Below, piece by piece: positions 19,051 through 28,763 of a stretch of DNA of 32,000 bases. Positions within the stretch are counted from its first letter, which is position 1. Each line of letters opens with the position of its first letter. The notes beneath the pieces are model-generated. The model saw nothing but the letters and a program-made list of their open reading frames with translations, searched no databases and had not been told where the DNA came from. The translations under genes and the position numbers were made by a program. This stretch comes from Xylella taiwanensis. Lineage in GTDB: Bacteria > Pseudomonadota > Gammaproteobacteria > Xanthomonadales > Xanthomonadaceae. Location: NCBI RefSeq assembly GCF_013177435.1, contig NZ_CP053627.1, positions 1,950,001 to 1,982,000 on the forward strand, written 5' to 3'.

Positions 19051-21144
19051 ATGAAAAAATAATGAAAGTGAGGTTAATTTGATAACATTCACAATTCTAT
19101 ACTCCATTGCATTTGAAGATGCACCAAAGATCATGAATGAACCCTATGACTTAAATGTGAAATAAATATATCAATCGATGAATATGAGACAGCATCGCAA
19201 CAGCTACTGTGATATTCAAAAAAACATCCGATTTGAGACATCGTATTTACTCGTAAAAATCGTGCAATAGCATTGAGACGCCCTCCAAATCATATCCTTC
19301 GTTTTCACTCCCCATGATGACTTCACCGCCACACTTGGCGATGCCTGTATTTTCCTGGCCAAGCAAAGCGTGACCACGTACGCTCCATTGAAACGCACCC
19401 GATCAAGATACAGGCCATATGGTTGCCCCAGATTCAAAAAGAAAGCTGGCCAGCACAGAAATCATCCAACACGCTGAGTAAAGTGAAGCACTCATCGGCC
19501 ACAGCACCTCCTGGCGTGGTGGTCGCATGCCAATACAACCTTCCACTGGGATCACGTCACATACGCATGGCCTACTCGATCAAGCCGCACCCGACACACC
19601 TTACTGGAACAGTCGCAACGATCGCCGTGACACACGAGTGATGACGTTATATTGACATGACACGTTAAAACATACGCGCCCCCGCACAGCCGTACACCAT
19701 GGCGTTTAGCCCGCCCCCCGGCGCCATGACTCAGGAGCAGCCAAGCAGCAGTGCGACACCCCCCAAGGCATCTGACTGCAGTGTATTGGCTGACCGCGCT
19801 CCACCTGGTCCTGGTGACCGGGTTGATCCTGAGAGAATTAAAGAGATAGACGGCCGCGCGGTCCGTTAAGGCTGATCAAGGGGCGTGACATCGGTGCCGC
19901 TGTCCCTGAATCGCCTACACCCCTGCGAGGCACCGATCCTGGAACTCAAGCAATCAAGCACATCCAGCTTCCCATATCGTGCTGTACACATTAATAGCGT
20001 TCATGCCGCTGCTTGGCTGAGATCTGAACAATGCATGCGACAAAACCGTACGCCGGTACAAGCTTTTCCATAATTTGTACCGGTCACGCTGGCCTTCGGC
20101 CTGACTGACAGTTTGAGCACAATGCACATCGATACCACCCGCGATCCTGGTTGATCTGAGGTCGCTGTATGTTGCAGCAACGCTTTGGCACCGCGCACCG
20201 TTCCCAGCAGCCACCCCACCTTTTTCCATACGTGCTGCCTGACACACAGATCATCGTGAGCAACCCACACACTCAAGCAATGTCGACCTGGGCCAAGGCC
20301 TGCCTACCCATTGCCAGACATCAAAAACATATCTTGCCGCCGGGTAGCGTCAACATCCGCACCCGCCATCGCTACATCATTCACCTACCAACACGCTTGG
20401 ACTAAACACAGCAGATCGATCTGCGACCACGGCTTGCACCCAAAGGAGGCATCCCACCCAATGCACCCTATCCCGCATCGGATTTCAGACATGAGGAGCC
20501 TCTCGATCAACCTGTACCCGGTATCACTCTGTCAAGAAGAGCGTTGGACATCGATTGTCAACATACATCTGTCTGCAATCTGATTTCGTTCCATACATTC
20601 GATGGTTGCACCGACGACGTGTCCGGTAACCGTCCATTCACAAATACAGGTGACATCAACCAAATGCTAAGCCTATACAACAGAGCTCGTATGACTGCAT
20701 GTTCATGAGCAAAGCACCCTGAAGCTGGAACCTTCCTCAAGTACCTGTCACAGAAGGCGATGCATGGCATGAACATGGAATACAGCAACCTGCTCCATCA
20801 TCTCCTTAGACCCGATGCATGTGACACCGCCATCCAGGGTACGGTCACCGACATAAGGTTACTTTTACAACCTAAGTGGCGTGAAAGAACTCCTTTTCTG
20901 TATACAAAATCCGTTGCTAGACTGCAATCACCCGTCCAAGGATCAGGATAAGTCCGCCCACAGATAACTACACATCACACAGATCCTGACCTCCTCATAT
21001 TCTCCAACGACTTTGCACATTCGTCCTGCCACCGTTGTGGATCCGACTACCGTTACGACCTTTACCCATGCACACTTTTTCTGGTATTGGCTACGCGGTG
21101 CCAGACACGGGATGACCCGCATACACGCTGGCTCCCGCCTCGCA

Positions 21145-21861
21145 ATGCGCTCCATGTCCCGCTGCATCAGATGGACATTAAGCATCCCCCTGTTGATGAC
21201 CTGGCAGGCATGGGCAGCAAACATCAGTGGCGAGCTCGGTCTCACCACCCAAGTCATCGACCGGGGCATTCCGAGCACGCTTCACACTCCCATTCTACAA
21301 AGCAATCTGACTTGGTTACCTACCCCCGGCTGGGCATTGAGCGCATCCAGCAGCATCCTGGTACGCCAACCGGACCATTTGGCCCTCATCAACGCTGAAC
21401 TGACACGCTATTGGTCACCCACAGATGATTGGCAACTGCAAACCAGCGTTCTCTATTACGGCTATCCGGGCAACCGCTTCTTCAAACGCTTCAACCGCAT
21501 TGAAACCAGTGCTGGGATCAGCTACCGCGACATCGTCACCTTCAGCGTGGCCGCATTTCGTCTCACCGAAAAAAACAAGGGCACCTGGTATGCAGCCGCC
21601 GACCTTAGTCTGCGCCAGCCGCTATCGGCCAGCGTCTCTCTGACCACCGGCATTGGTGTCAGCCAAAGACCAACCACGTTCTATTTCGGCGATACTTGGA
21701 CACCACCACACCCTTATTACTACGGTCACGCCGGCCTGATATGGACTCATAACACATGGACCATTCAGTTCACGCACTTGTTGAGCAGCACCAACTCGCC
21801 TGCTCACCAAAGAAATGCTGCAATCTCTCCATGGATCGCGACTCTGTCACACAGTTTCTGA
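21145..21861 (+). CDS. Putative outer-membrane beta-barrel protein (TorF / Gcw_chp-like)
   Basis: The track ORF starts at 21013. ATG 21145 gives MRSMSRCIRWTLSIPLLMTWQAWA/ANISGE, a signal peptide with an AWA cleavage site. The N-terminal stretch SGELGLTTQVIDRGIPSTLHTPILQSN resembles the TorF-family start (LTSDY.FRGISQT...PA.QG). The body has an alternating beta-strand pattern rich in Y, W and T. The C-terminal residue is Phe (...ATLSHSF), typical of OMP barrels. Confidence 0.6.
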   Translation: MRSMSRCIRWTLSIPLLMTWQAWAANISGELGLTTQVIDRGIPSTLHTPILQSNLTWLPTPGWALSASSSILVRQPDHLALINAELTRYWSPTDDWQLQTSVLYYGYPGNRFFKRFNRIETSAGISYRDIVTFSVAAFRLTEKNKGTWYAAADLSLRQPLSASVSLTTGIGVSQRPTTFYFGDTWTPPHPYYYGHAGLIWTHNTWTIQFTHLLSSTNSPAHQRNAAISPWIATLSHSF

Positions 21862-21927
21862 GCCACGACAACCTTTCATATCCTCATCCGGCACTTATCG
21901 TAGTCCCCCACGCTGCTTTCTTATCCC

Positions 21928-22509
21928 ATGACCACAACTCCCCTGGATGACGTGACCGATCGCATGTTGCTCCGGCGCATGACGTCTGGCGATCGTGACG
22001 CACTGGCCACGCTTTATCGCAGCTACCACGGTCGGCTTTGCCGCTTCCTATCGCGCGTGACCCGGCGCCCGGATGTCATCGAAGAAACGATCAATGACTG
22101 TTTCTGGATCGTTTGGCAGAAAGCCAGTGACTTTCGCGGCGACTCACGGGTCTCAACTTGGATCATGGGCATCGCGTACCGCTGCACTTTGAAAACGCTA
22201 CGTCAGCATGGCCCTCTTCCTGTCGAGGACGAGGTCTTTAAAGAATCGCTCAGCGCCAGCGTCGATCCGGACGAAGATCGAGAACTGCGTGACTGGCTCG
22301 GCAAGGGCTTGGCACGGCTATCACCAGACCAACGCTTGGTGGTTGAACTGGTATACGGGCTAGGACACAAACTTGAAGAAGCAGCCGTCATCATGCAGTG
22401 CCCGTTGGGCACGATCAAAGCCCGGCTGTTCCACGCACGTATCAAACTACGCAACATACTGCCACCACTGGCAGGACATAGGTACACCTTCAAGGAGAAT
22501 GCGTCATGA
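21928..22509 (+). CDS. ECF-type RNA polymerase sigma-70 family factor
   Basis: 193 aa. Region 2 is DCFWIVWQKASDFRGDSRVSTWIMGIAYR. Region 4 has the HTH LSPDQRLVVELVYGLGHKLEEAAVIMQCPLGTIKARLFHARIKL. ATGA overlap with the next gene. Confidence 0.9.
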   Translation: MTTTPLDDVTDRMLLRRMTSGDRDALATLYRSYHGRLCRFLSRVTRRPDVIEETINDCFWIVWQKASDFRGDSRVSTWIMGIAYRCTLKTLRQHGPLPVEDEVFKESLSASVDPDEDRELRDWLGKGLARLSPDQRLVVELVYGLGHKLEEAAVIMQCPLGTIKARLFHARIKLRNILPPLAGHRYTFKENAS

Positions 22510-23159
22510 AGACATTCTCGACGGAGCCCGGCCAGGATTGCCTGAAAGCCTGGGCGCTCATGCCGACAATGCTACAAAATAGAATCACCGAAGCAGAAAA
22601 GAATTGGCTGACAACACATCTTGCCCAATGCGAGTCATGCAATGCTGATTTCGAGCAGCAACACCGATTACACCTGGCGTTGTCTCTCCCCACAGATGTC
22701 CAGATCGATGCTGAAGCCGGACTGCACTCCCTGATGCAACGGATCGACATGCTACCCACTGATCTGAAACAGGCACGCCAAAACTCGGGAGGTTGGACGA
22801 TTCAGGCACTCGCAGCCGTCATCGTCATCCAGGCCATGGGTTTGGGTATGCTCGGGTTACACCTGTTCTCGCAGGAGCAAACACCCGACAGATACCGCAC
22901 CCTCAGCGACGCACCAGTGGCTACTCAGGCAGCGGTCAGCGGGACGATCAAAGTCCTCCCCGACGCGCACATAACTCTCGCTGACTGGGACACGCTTTTG
23001 CACAGTCTGCAACTTCGTACGGTCAACGGTCCCAACAACGTCGGGGCCTACACCGTCGCTCCAAGGGACACCACATACCAAGGCACACTCCAGCAAACAG
23101 TACAGACACTACGCACCAAACCGGGCATCCGCTTGGCAGAACCTGCATCCACACCATGA
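22506..23159 (+). CDS. Zinc-finger (ZAS-type) transmembrane anti-sigma factor
   Basis: 217 aa with an H-x3-C-x2-C motif, HLAQCESC, at residues 38-45. A single predicted TM lies at about residues 97-121 (WTIQALAAVIVIQAMGLGMLGLHLF), followed by a periplasmic tail of about 95 aa. It has 4-nt ATGA overlaps with both the sigma gene and the S8 gene. Confidence 0.8.
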   Translation: MKTFSTEPGQDCLKAWALMPTMLQNRITEAEKNWLTTHLAQCESCNADFEQQHRLHLALSLPTDVQIDAEAGLHSLMQRIDMLPTDLKQARQNSGGWTIQALAAVIVIQAMGLGMLGLHLFSQEQTPDRYRTLSDAPVATQAAVSGTIKVLPDAHITLADWDTLLHSLQLRTVNGPNNVGAYTVAPRDTTYQGTLQQTVQTLRTKPGIRLAEPASTP

Positions 23160-24499
23160 AATTCACCTTCGCCTGTGTCCTGACCGTCCTGCTCGCCCTA
23201 AGCGCTTGCGTGCATCAGATGCCATTATCCGCATCGGCGGAACATGTTCCAACAGCAGACACCATGCCGGACAGTGCCAACCTGGACAGTCAGCGCGACA
23301 TCATTCTGGCGGTGGCTAATCCAGTGACATCGCCATCACGGCACGCCGCGTCCAACCTGATAGGTTACAGCGGCGCGGTACGTTATGGTGTTGGACAGTA
23401 CGCCGCCGCCACCATAGACGCACTGAAGCAACACTATGGTCTTCATGAACTCGCCGCATGGCCGATCAACACATTGAGACTGTACTGTGCGGTACTGGAA
23501 CCGTCACCAGGCATCTCCCGCACACACCTTCTGGAAACCTTGGCGGCGGACAAGCGAGTGGTGCTGGCACAGCCACTACAAGATTTTTCGGTGTACGCCA
23601 CAGATAAACACACGTCCACGACAGCGAAGGCTGCCACAGCAGGAGTGCATTACAACGACCCCTACGTGGACCTGCAACACGGTTTTGTCGGCACAGATGC
23701 AGCCATCGCACAGATGGATACCCAGGGTCAGGGCATGAACATCGCTATCGTCGACACCAATGTGGACACCTCACATCCAGAACTACAAGGTCGCATCCGC
23801 GAGATCCACAACATGGTTGGTGCCACGCCAACCGCCATAGCACCCGGGGCTCACGGCACTGAAATCGCAGGCATCATTGCGGCCAACGGCAACAACTACC
23901 AAGGGTTCGTCGGCATGGCACCCAAGGCCATGCTCAGTGTGTACACATCCTGCTGGTATCCGCCAATGCCACAAGCAACAGCGCACTGTAATTCATTCAC
24001 TCTGGCCAAGGCGTTAGCCGCCATCCACGACAGTTCCGCGCGCATTATCAACCTCAGTCTCGGCGGTCCGGCCGATCCACTGTTATACAAGATGCTCAGC
24101 CAATTGCTGAGCGAAAATCGTATTGTGCTCGCCGCAATGCCTCCGAACGGGCACATGGACGGTTTCCCAAGCAATACTCCGGGCGTGATCGTGGTCCGCA
24201 GCAGCAACAGCACCCCAGCACCACCGGGCGTCATCAGTGCGCCGGGCAATGACATCCTGACCACCCAACCCAAAGGCGGTTACGACTTTGTCTCCGGTTC
24301 TTCGATGGCCGCAGCGCATGTCAGCGGCATTGTTGCGCTGCTGATGTCACTGTCGCCACATCTGAGCACGCACGCACTCCAAGACCTGCTGCTACGTACC
24401 AGCCGCGTCTCCGACGGTATGCTACAAGTCAATGCCGCAGCAGCCATTAACGCCATCGCTCCCTCAAAGAACGCACGCTCATCCCCAACGGTCAAGTAA
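23156..24499 (+). CDS. S8 (subtilisin-family) serine peptidase, predicted lipoprotein with N-terminal propeptide-like region
   Basis: 447 aa with lipobox LLALSAC (Cys18). An I9-like propeptide stretch reads HYGLHELAAWPINTLRLYCAVLE...LAADKRVVLAQPLQDF. The catalytic motifs are IAIVDTNVD (Asp200), AHGTEIAGIIAA (His233), NLSLGG (Asn299) and GSSMAAAHVSG (Ser383). Confidence 0.9.
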   Translation: MKFTFACVLTVLLALSACVHQMPLSASAEHVPTADTMPDSANLDSQRDIILAVANPVTSPSRHAASNLIGYSGAVRYGVGQYAAATIDALKQHYGLHELAAWPINTLRLYCAVLEPSPGISRTHLLETLAADKRVVLAQPLQDFSVYATDKHTSTTAKAATAGVHYNDPYVDLQHGFVGTDAAIAQMDTQGQGMNIAIVDTNVDTSHPELQGRIREIHNMVGATPTAIAPGAHGTEIAGIIAANGNNYQGFVGMAPKAMLSVYTSCWYPPMPQATAHCNSFTLAKALAAIHDSSARIINLSLGGPADPLLYKMLSQLLSENRIVLAAMPPNGHMDGFPSNTPGVIVVRSSNSTPAPPGVISAPGNDILTTQPKGGYDFVSGSSMAAAHVSGIVALLMSLSPHLSTHALQDLLLRTSRVSDGMLQVNAAAAINAIAPSKNARSSPTVK

Positions 24500-25197
24500 A
24501 TTCTCCCATCATTTGCAAATACTGAACACACTGCCGAAACGCTACCATGCTGGCAGCGCGCACCCTGAACATGGCTGCACAGCCTGGATACTGGACCGCT
24601 GTTGGAGATATCGGACGACCGGGCAAGATGGCATCTACCACATCCCTGTTCATCGACGTGCTTCATGCCCAGATGCATGATGGTTATCTACGGCATGATG
24701 AGTACACCTTTCTCATCAACCAAGTTTGACAAATCACTTAAAACTTAAGGTACTGGTCCGGTGCTCTTGTCGCGAACCTATGCACTTGGCGACTATCGTC
24801 GTTTATCTGGATGGATGAGACGCACTCAACATTTGACCCGGCAGGCCCAATGTCCAGTGACATCACTCACATACCGCACTTAAAAAGCAACACGCAACCT
24901 CACACCTATCCCGCACTTCTACCACCAACACACGCAATCTCCCTTCACATACCCTCTCCTGACTCTAAATGTGTAGTCACTCAAGGTAAAACCGCGGTAC
25001 TCCTGCAATGTGATCGGTAAAGCGGGTGCAATCACACCAGCAACGATGATTAAGCACGCATCAATGGAAACGCTTACCGAGCGTGCACATGCATTCTCAG
25101 AACAAGCGCAACACACCGATGACACACACTCAATGTGCATTAATCCCAGCGCCCTTACGGTTAAGCACTCTCAGATCACTTGAGTTCATAGCATCCT

Positions 25198-25680
25198 TCA
25201 AAAAGGAATATCGTCGTCAGCGAAATCGTCTATCGGCGGTGGCGCAGATTGCGGCGACGGCGGTGGCTGACGACGTGGGGCGTACTCCTGACGCTGGGAT
25301 GCTTGGCGCGGCGGGCGCTCACTGCCCATGCCCCCACCACCATCACCACGGCCACCCAGCATTTGCATCTCGTCAGCAACGATCTCGGTGATGTAGCGCT
25401 CCTGGCCGTCCTGGCCAGTGAACTTGTCGTACCGAATGCTACCCTCGATATAGCACTGCGACCCCTTACGCAGATATTCCCCGGCAATGTCGCCAAGTTT
25501 TCCGAAAAACTTGACCCGGTGCCACTCGGTCCGTTCCTGGGTATTGCCATCCCTATCCTTGCGCACACTGGTTGTCGCCAAGCTGATGGTGGTGACCGTC
25601 ATACCACCTTGGGTGTATTTGGTATCCGGATCATTACCGAGGTTACCGACGAGGATCACTTTGTTGATGCCACGGGCCAT
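25198..25680 (-). CDS. ssb: Single-stranded DNA-binding protein
   Basis: The track ORF begins 4 codons earlier. ATG 25680 gives MARGINKVILVGNLGNDPD..., an OB fold with TEWHRVKFFGKLGDIAGEYLRKGSQ. A Gly/Pro-rich linker follows, then the acidic tail DDFADDDIPF. Confidence 0.95.
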   Translation of the reverse strand: MARGINKVILVGNLGNDPDTKYTQGGMTVTTISLATTSVRKDRDGNTQERTEWHRVKFFGKLGDIAGEYLRKGSQCYIEGSIRYDKFTGQDGQERYITEIVADEMQMLGGRGDGGGGMGSERPPRQASQRQEYAPRRQPPPSPQSAPPPIDDFADDDIPF

Positions 25681-25926
25681 TGAATATTCCACTGTCGTTT
25701 ACCCGCCCTAAAGCGGCCGGGCAAATTTTTTTAAAGGGATAGCACGGATTCTACACCCCCTGACAACGTCGGATATCTGGAAGTACATGACGAGCCACAA
25801 GTAAAAGCATCGCCTATCTATCAGGAAACTCACCCACAAGTAAATCTCAACAGATGTAATACCACTTTCCGAGCGGATCACGTAGAGCCGCCTATAATTC
25901 GTGCAACACGCACCTCCTATTCCACA

Positions 25927-26925
25927 ATGAGCATTGCCACCACTCTCCGTACTGCCTTGAACCTTCCCCAGATTCAATCCTTCGCAGCACCAGACATGGC
26001 TGCAATTGATGCGCTGATCCGCGACCGCCTTGCCTCGGACATTGTCCTGATCAACCAAATCGCCGATCACATTATCTCTGCAGGTGGCAAACGCCTACGT
26101 CCGATGTTGGTGATGTTGGCCGGCCACGCCATCGGCGACACAGGTCCTCACCACCATCAGCTGGCAGTCATCATTGAATTCATCCACACCGCCACCCTGC
26201 TGCATGACGACGTCGTTGACGAATCAGAACTACGCCGCGGTCGCAGTACCGCAAACGCACTGTGGGGCAACGCACCAAGCATTTTGGTTGGGGATTTTCT
26301 ATATTCGCGCAGCTTCCAACTGATGGCCGAGTTGGCCAACCTGGACGTGATGCAGATATTGGCTGAAACCACCAACCGCATCTCCGAAGGGGAGGTGCTG
26401 CAGTTGTTGCATGTACACAACCCGGATACCGACGAAATCACCTACCTACACGTGGTTGAACGCAAGACCGCGGTATTGTTCGCTGCCGCAGCACGGCTCG
26501 GAGCACTCGCATCCCATGCCGATACGGATACGCAGGCACGACTTTACAAATACGGCTTGCAATTAGGCTACGCATTTCAAATCACCGACGATGTGCTCGA
26601 CTACACCGCCGACGATCGCTATCTGGGTAAGCATCTCGGTGACGACCTTGCCGAGGGCAAAGCCACATTGCCAGTGATCCATGCGATGACACACTCAGAC
26701 GCAGTCACACGCGAACGTTTACGCATGATCATCAGCAAAGGTGATAACAATGCAATGCCAGAGATACTGAGCGCAATCCGCGCCACTGGCAGTTTAGACT
26801 ACAGTCGGCAACGCGCCGGTGCATATGCCGACGCCGCCGAACGCGCGCTGGACGGCCTACCCGAGACCACTGGAGTTGCCGCGTTACGCGGCTTGGCCCG
26901 CTACGCCATCGAACGGACCTACTGA
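25927..26925 (+). CDS. ispB: Octaprenyl-diphosphate synthase (trans-polyprenyl diphosphate synthase)
   Basis: 332 aa with the first DDxxD in LLHDDVVDESELRRG and the second in ITDDVLDY, plus GKRLRP. A perfect TATAAT hexamer lies at 25893-25898, 28 nt upstream, but its -35 is weak, so I do not call it a promoter. Confidence 0.9.
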   Translation: MSIATTLRTALNLPQIQSFAAPDMAAIDALIRDRLASDIVLINQIADHIISAGGKRLRPMLVMLAGHAIGDTGPHHHQLAVIIEFIHTATLLHDDVVDESELRRGRSTANALWGNAPSILVGDFLYSRSFQLMAELANLDVMQILAETTNRISEGEVLQLLHVHNPDTDEITYLHVVERKTAVLFAAAARLGALASHADTDTQARLYKYGLQLGYAFQITDDVLDYTADDRYLGKHLGDDLAEGKATLPVIHAMTHSDAVTRERLRMIISKGDNNAMPEILSAIRATGSLDYSRQRAGAYADAAERALDGLPETTGVAALRGLARYAIERTY

Positions 26926-27818
26926 GGCACTTCTACTGATAACACTGGATTGGGGTCACTCACACAAAAAGAGGCATATATCGCGTTTTCAAAGAAGAAA
27001 TATTCGACTTGGCCAGATACTTTTAAATGCGGGCCGTTTGCCTCCCACGTCAGGTCACCGTTAAAAATGTATGCTGCCATGAATCCGGTTTTCGTTCTCA
27101 ATACAAGCATTCACATCTCATCCTGAACAAAGTGCAGGAAGCACTCTCATCCTGCAACACCCTGGCCATCGGCCATTGACGACTGCAACCATCTGCTGCC
27201 GCAACGTAATACCGAATGCAAGACGCTGGTGAATTCACACCTAAAAAACCCACCCTGCGGATCGTCAAGACAGTGCATAGGAGATAGAGCGATGCAGCTG
27301 TGCTGCCACGGCCACCCAGCTCAGACGACTGGTTCCTCAATCGAGTTTTGGCTCAAGTCCTCGCCTTGCCTTGACTCGCACCAACGATCACCACGGGTCA
27401 TTGCAACCGACGATCTTTATAAGTGCCGTCCTGGAACGAGGTTCCCGCGAGCGTTCGTATTACAGCCATACTGGCAAAACACACGCACGCACGGTGCCGA
27501 CGCCCTCCATGAACGACTCCAACAGGTGATCCGTGCCCGTTTCACAACCATGCGTTCCAACACAGACTGACCACAGCCCAAGCAACCCAACCCGGCAGCG
27601 ACGCACTCCACAGCTGCGACGCCATGTCGCAGCCAACCAACAACAATTTTGGCTTCAGATCATGATACGCAGCTTTCTCTGGAGCGCCGCAAAGCATAGA
27701 ATTCGTGATGCCGATCCGAGTCCGATCCCACTGCAGGTCATACCGCAGACTGCCATGTGAGCAGGTCCAAATCGCACTCCGGGCTGCAATCGACGCTTCC
27801 TCGCCATTGGATTGACCG

Positions 27819-28763
27819 ATGATTTCCTCGAAACAGACGGGACAGTTACTCCACCTAGGGCTGCTGTTGCCGCTCCTACTGATGCTGACGGGTTGCGACT
27901 GGGCCATCCTGAACCCCAAGGGCCAGATTGGCCAGGACCAAAAGACGCTGCTGATAACGGCCGTAGTACTGATGCTACTGGTCGTCCTCCCAGTGATCGT
28001 GATGACCTTCACCTTCGCCTGGAAATACCGCGCTTCCAATACCAAAGCGCGCTACGAACCCGAATGGGCACACTCCACGGCAATCGAGGTGGTGGTGTGG
28101 TCGATTCCATGCTTGATCATCCTGGTACTGGCCGTACTGACCTGGCGCTCCTCGCATGCACTGGATCCCTACAAACCACTGCAATCCGATGTTAAGCCGC
28201 TCACCATCGAAGTCGTGGCGATGGATTGGAAGTGGGGGATGATCTATCCGCAGCAGGATATCGCCACGGTCAATGAGATCGCGATTCCAGTCAACACCCC
28301 TGTGAATTTCAAAATTACCTCCGATACGGTGATGAACTCGTTTTTCATCCCGCAATTGGGTTCACAGATTTACGCGATGGCCGGCATGCAAACCAAGCTG
28401 CATCTCATCGCCAATGAAACAGGAACATTCCGCGGCATCTCCGCCAACTACAGTGGCCACGGTTTCTCTAAAATGAACTTTGTGGTCCATGTGCTCCCCG
28501 ACCAGGCCGCATTCGACGCCTGGGTGGCCAAGGTCAAAACCTCGCCGCGACGGCTGCAGCAGGACGAATACCAAGCACTGGCAGACGATCGCAACGACAA
28601 AAGCAATTATCCGGTCACCTACTACTCGTCAGTAGAGAACGGCCTGTTCAAGTCACTGCTCGATAAACACATGATGGGCCATGGCCACCATGCCGACGGT
28701 GAGGATAAACCACCGTTATCGATGGAAGATCCGATGGCCATGCGCACTTCTGGAGACAAATAA
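27819..28763 (+). CDS. cyoA: Cytochrome o (bo3) ubiquinol oxidase subunit II
   Basis: 314 aa with lipoprotein signal [12 protein letters not shown], two TM helices, [12 protein letters not shown], and a cupredoxin-like C-terminal domain. TAATG junction with cyoB. Confidence 0.92.
   Translation: MISSKQTGQLLHLGLLLPLLLMLTGCDWAILNPKGQIGQDQKTLLITAVVLMLLVVLPVIVMTFTFAWKYRASNTKARYEPEWAHSTAIEVVVWSIPCLIILVLAVLTWRSSHALDPYKPLQSDVKPLTIEVVAMDWKWGMIYPQQDIATVNEIAIPVNTPVNFKITSDTVMNSFFIPQLGSQIYAMAGMQTKLHLIANETGTFRGISANYSGHGFSKMNFVVHVLPDQAAFDAWVAKVKTSPRRLQQDEYQALADDRNDKSNYPVTYYSSVENGLFKSLLDKHMMGHGHHADGEDKPPLSMEDPMAMRTSGDK

Noticed and set aside
19731-19751. TCAGGAGCAGCCAAGCAGCAG resembles the conserved GGAAGCAGCCAAGGCAG segment of bacterial SRP (4.5S) RNA
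   Set aside because: There is no GNRA-capped partner strand or long hairpin pairing around it. The motif is imperfect and low-complexity.
19792-19863. Complementary 8-mers GACCGCGC and GCGCGGTC enclosing 56 nt (a possible RNA helix)
   Set aside because: My rough estimate is that dozens of such 8-bp pairings are expected by chance in 32 kb. There is no extension of pairing.
20053-20083. Perfect 9-bp inverted repeat CCGGTACAA-N13-TTGTACCGG
   Set aside because: About two such repeats are expected by chance in this window. There is no T-tract and no adjacent gene to regulate. It might be revisited if conserved.
25708-26070. 120-aa minus-strand ORF spanning the ssb-ispB intergenic region
   Set aside because: It overlaps the ispB N-terminus antisense and covers the divergent promoter region, with no motifs.
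27542-28045. 167-aa minus-strand ORF overlapping the cyoA start
   Set aside because: It overlaps the cyoA signal peptide and first TM coding region. It has no recognisable motifs and extends into skewed debris.
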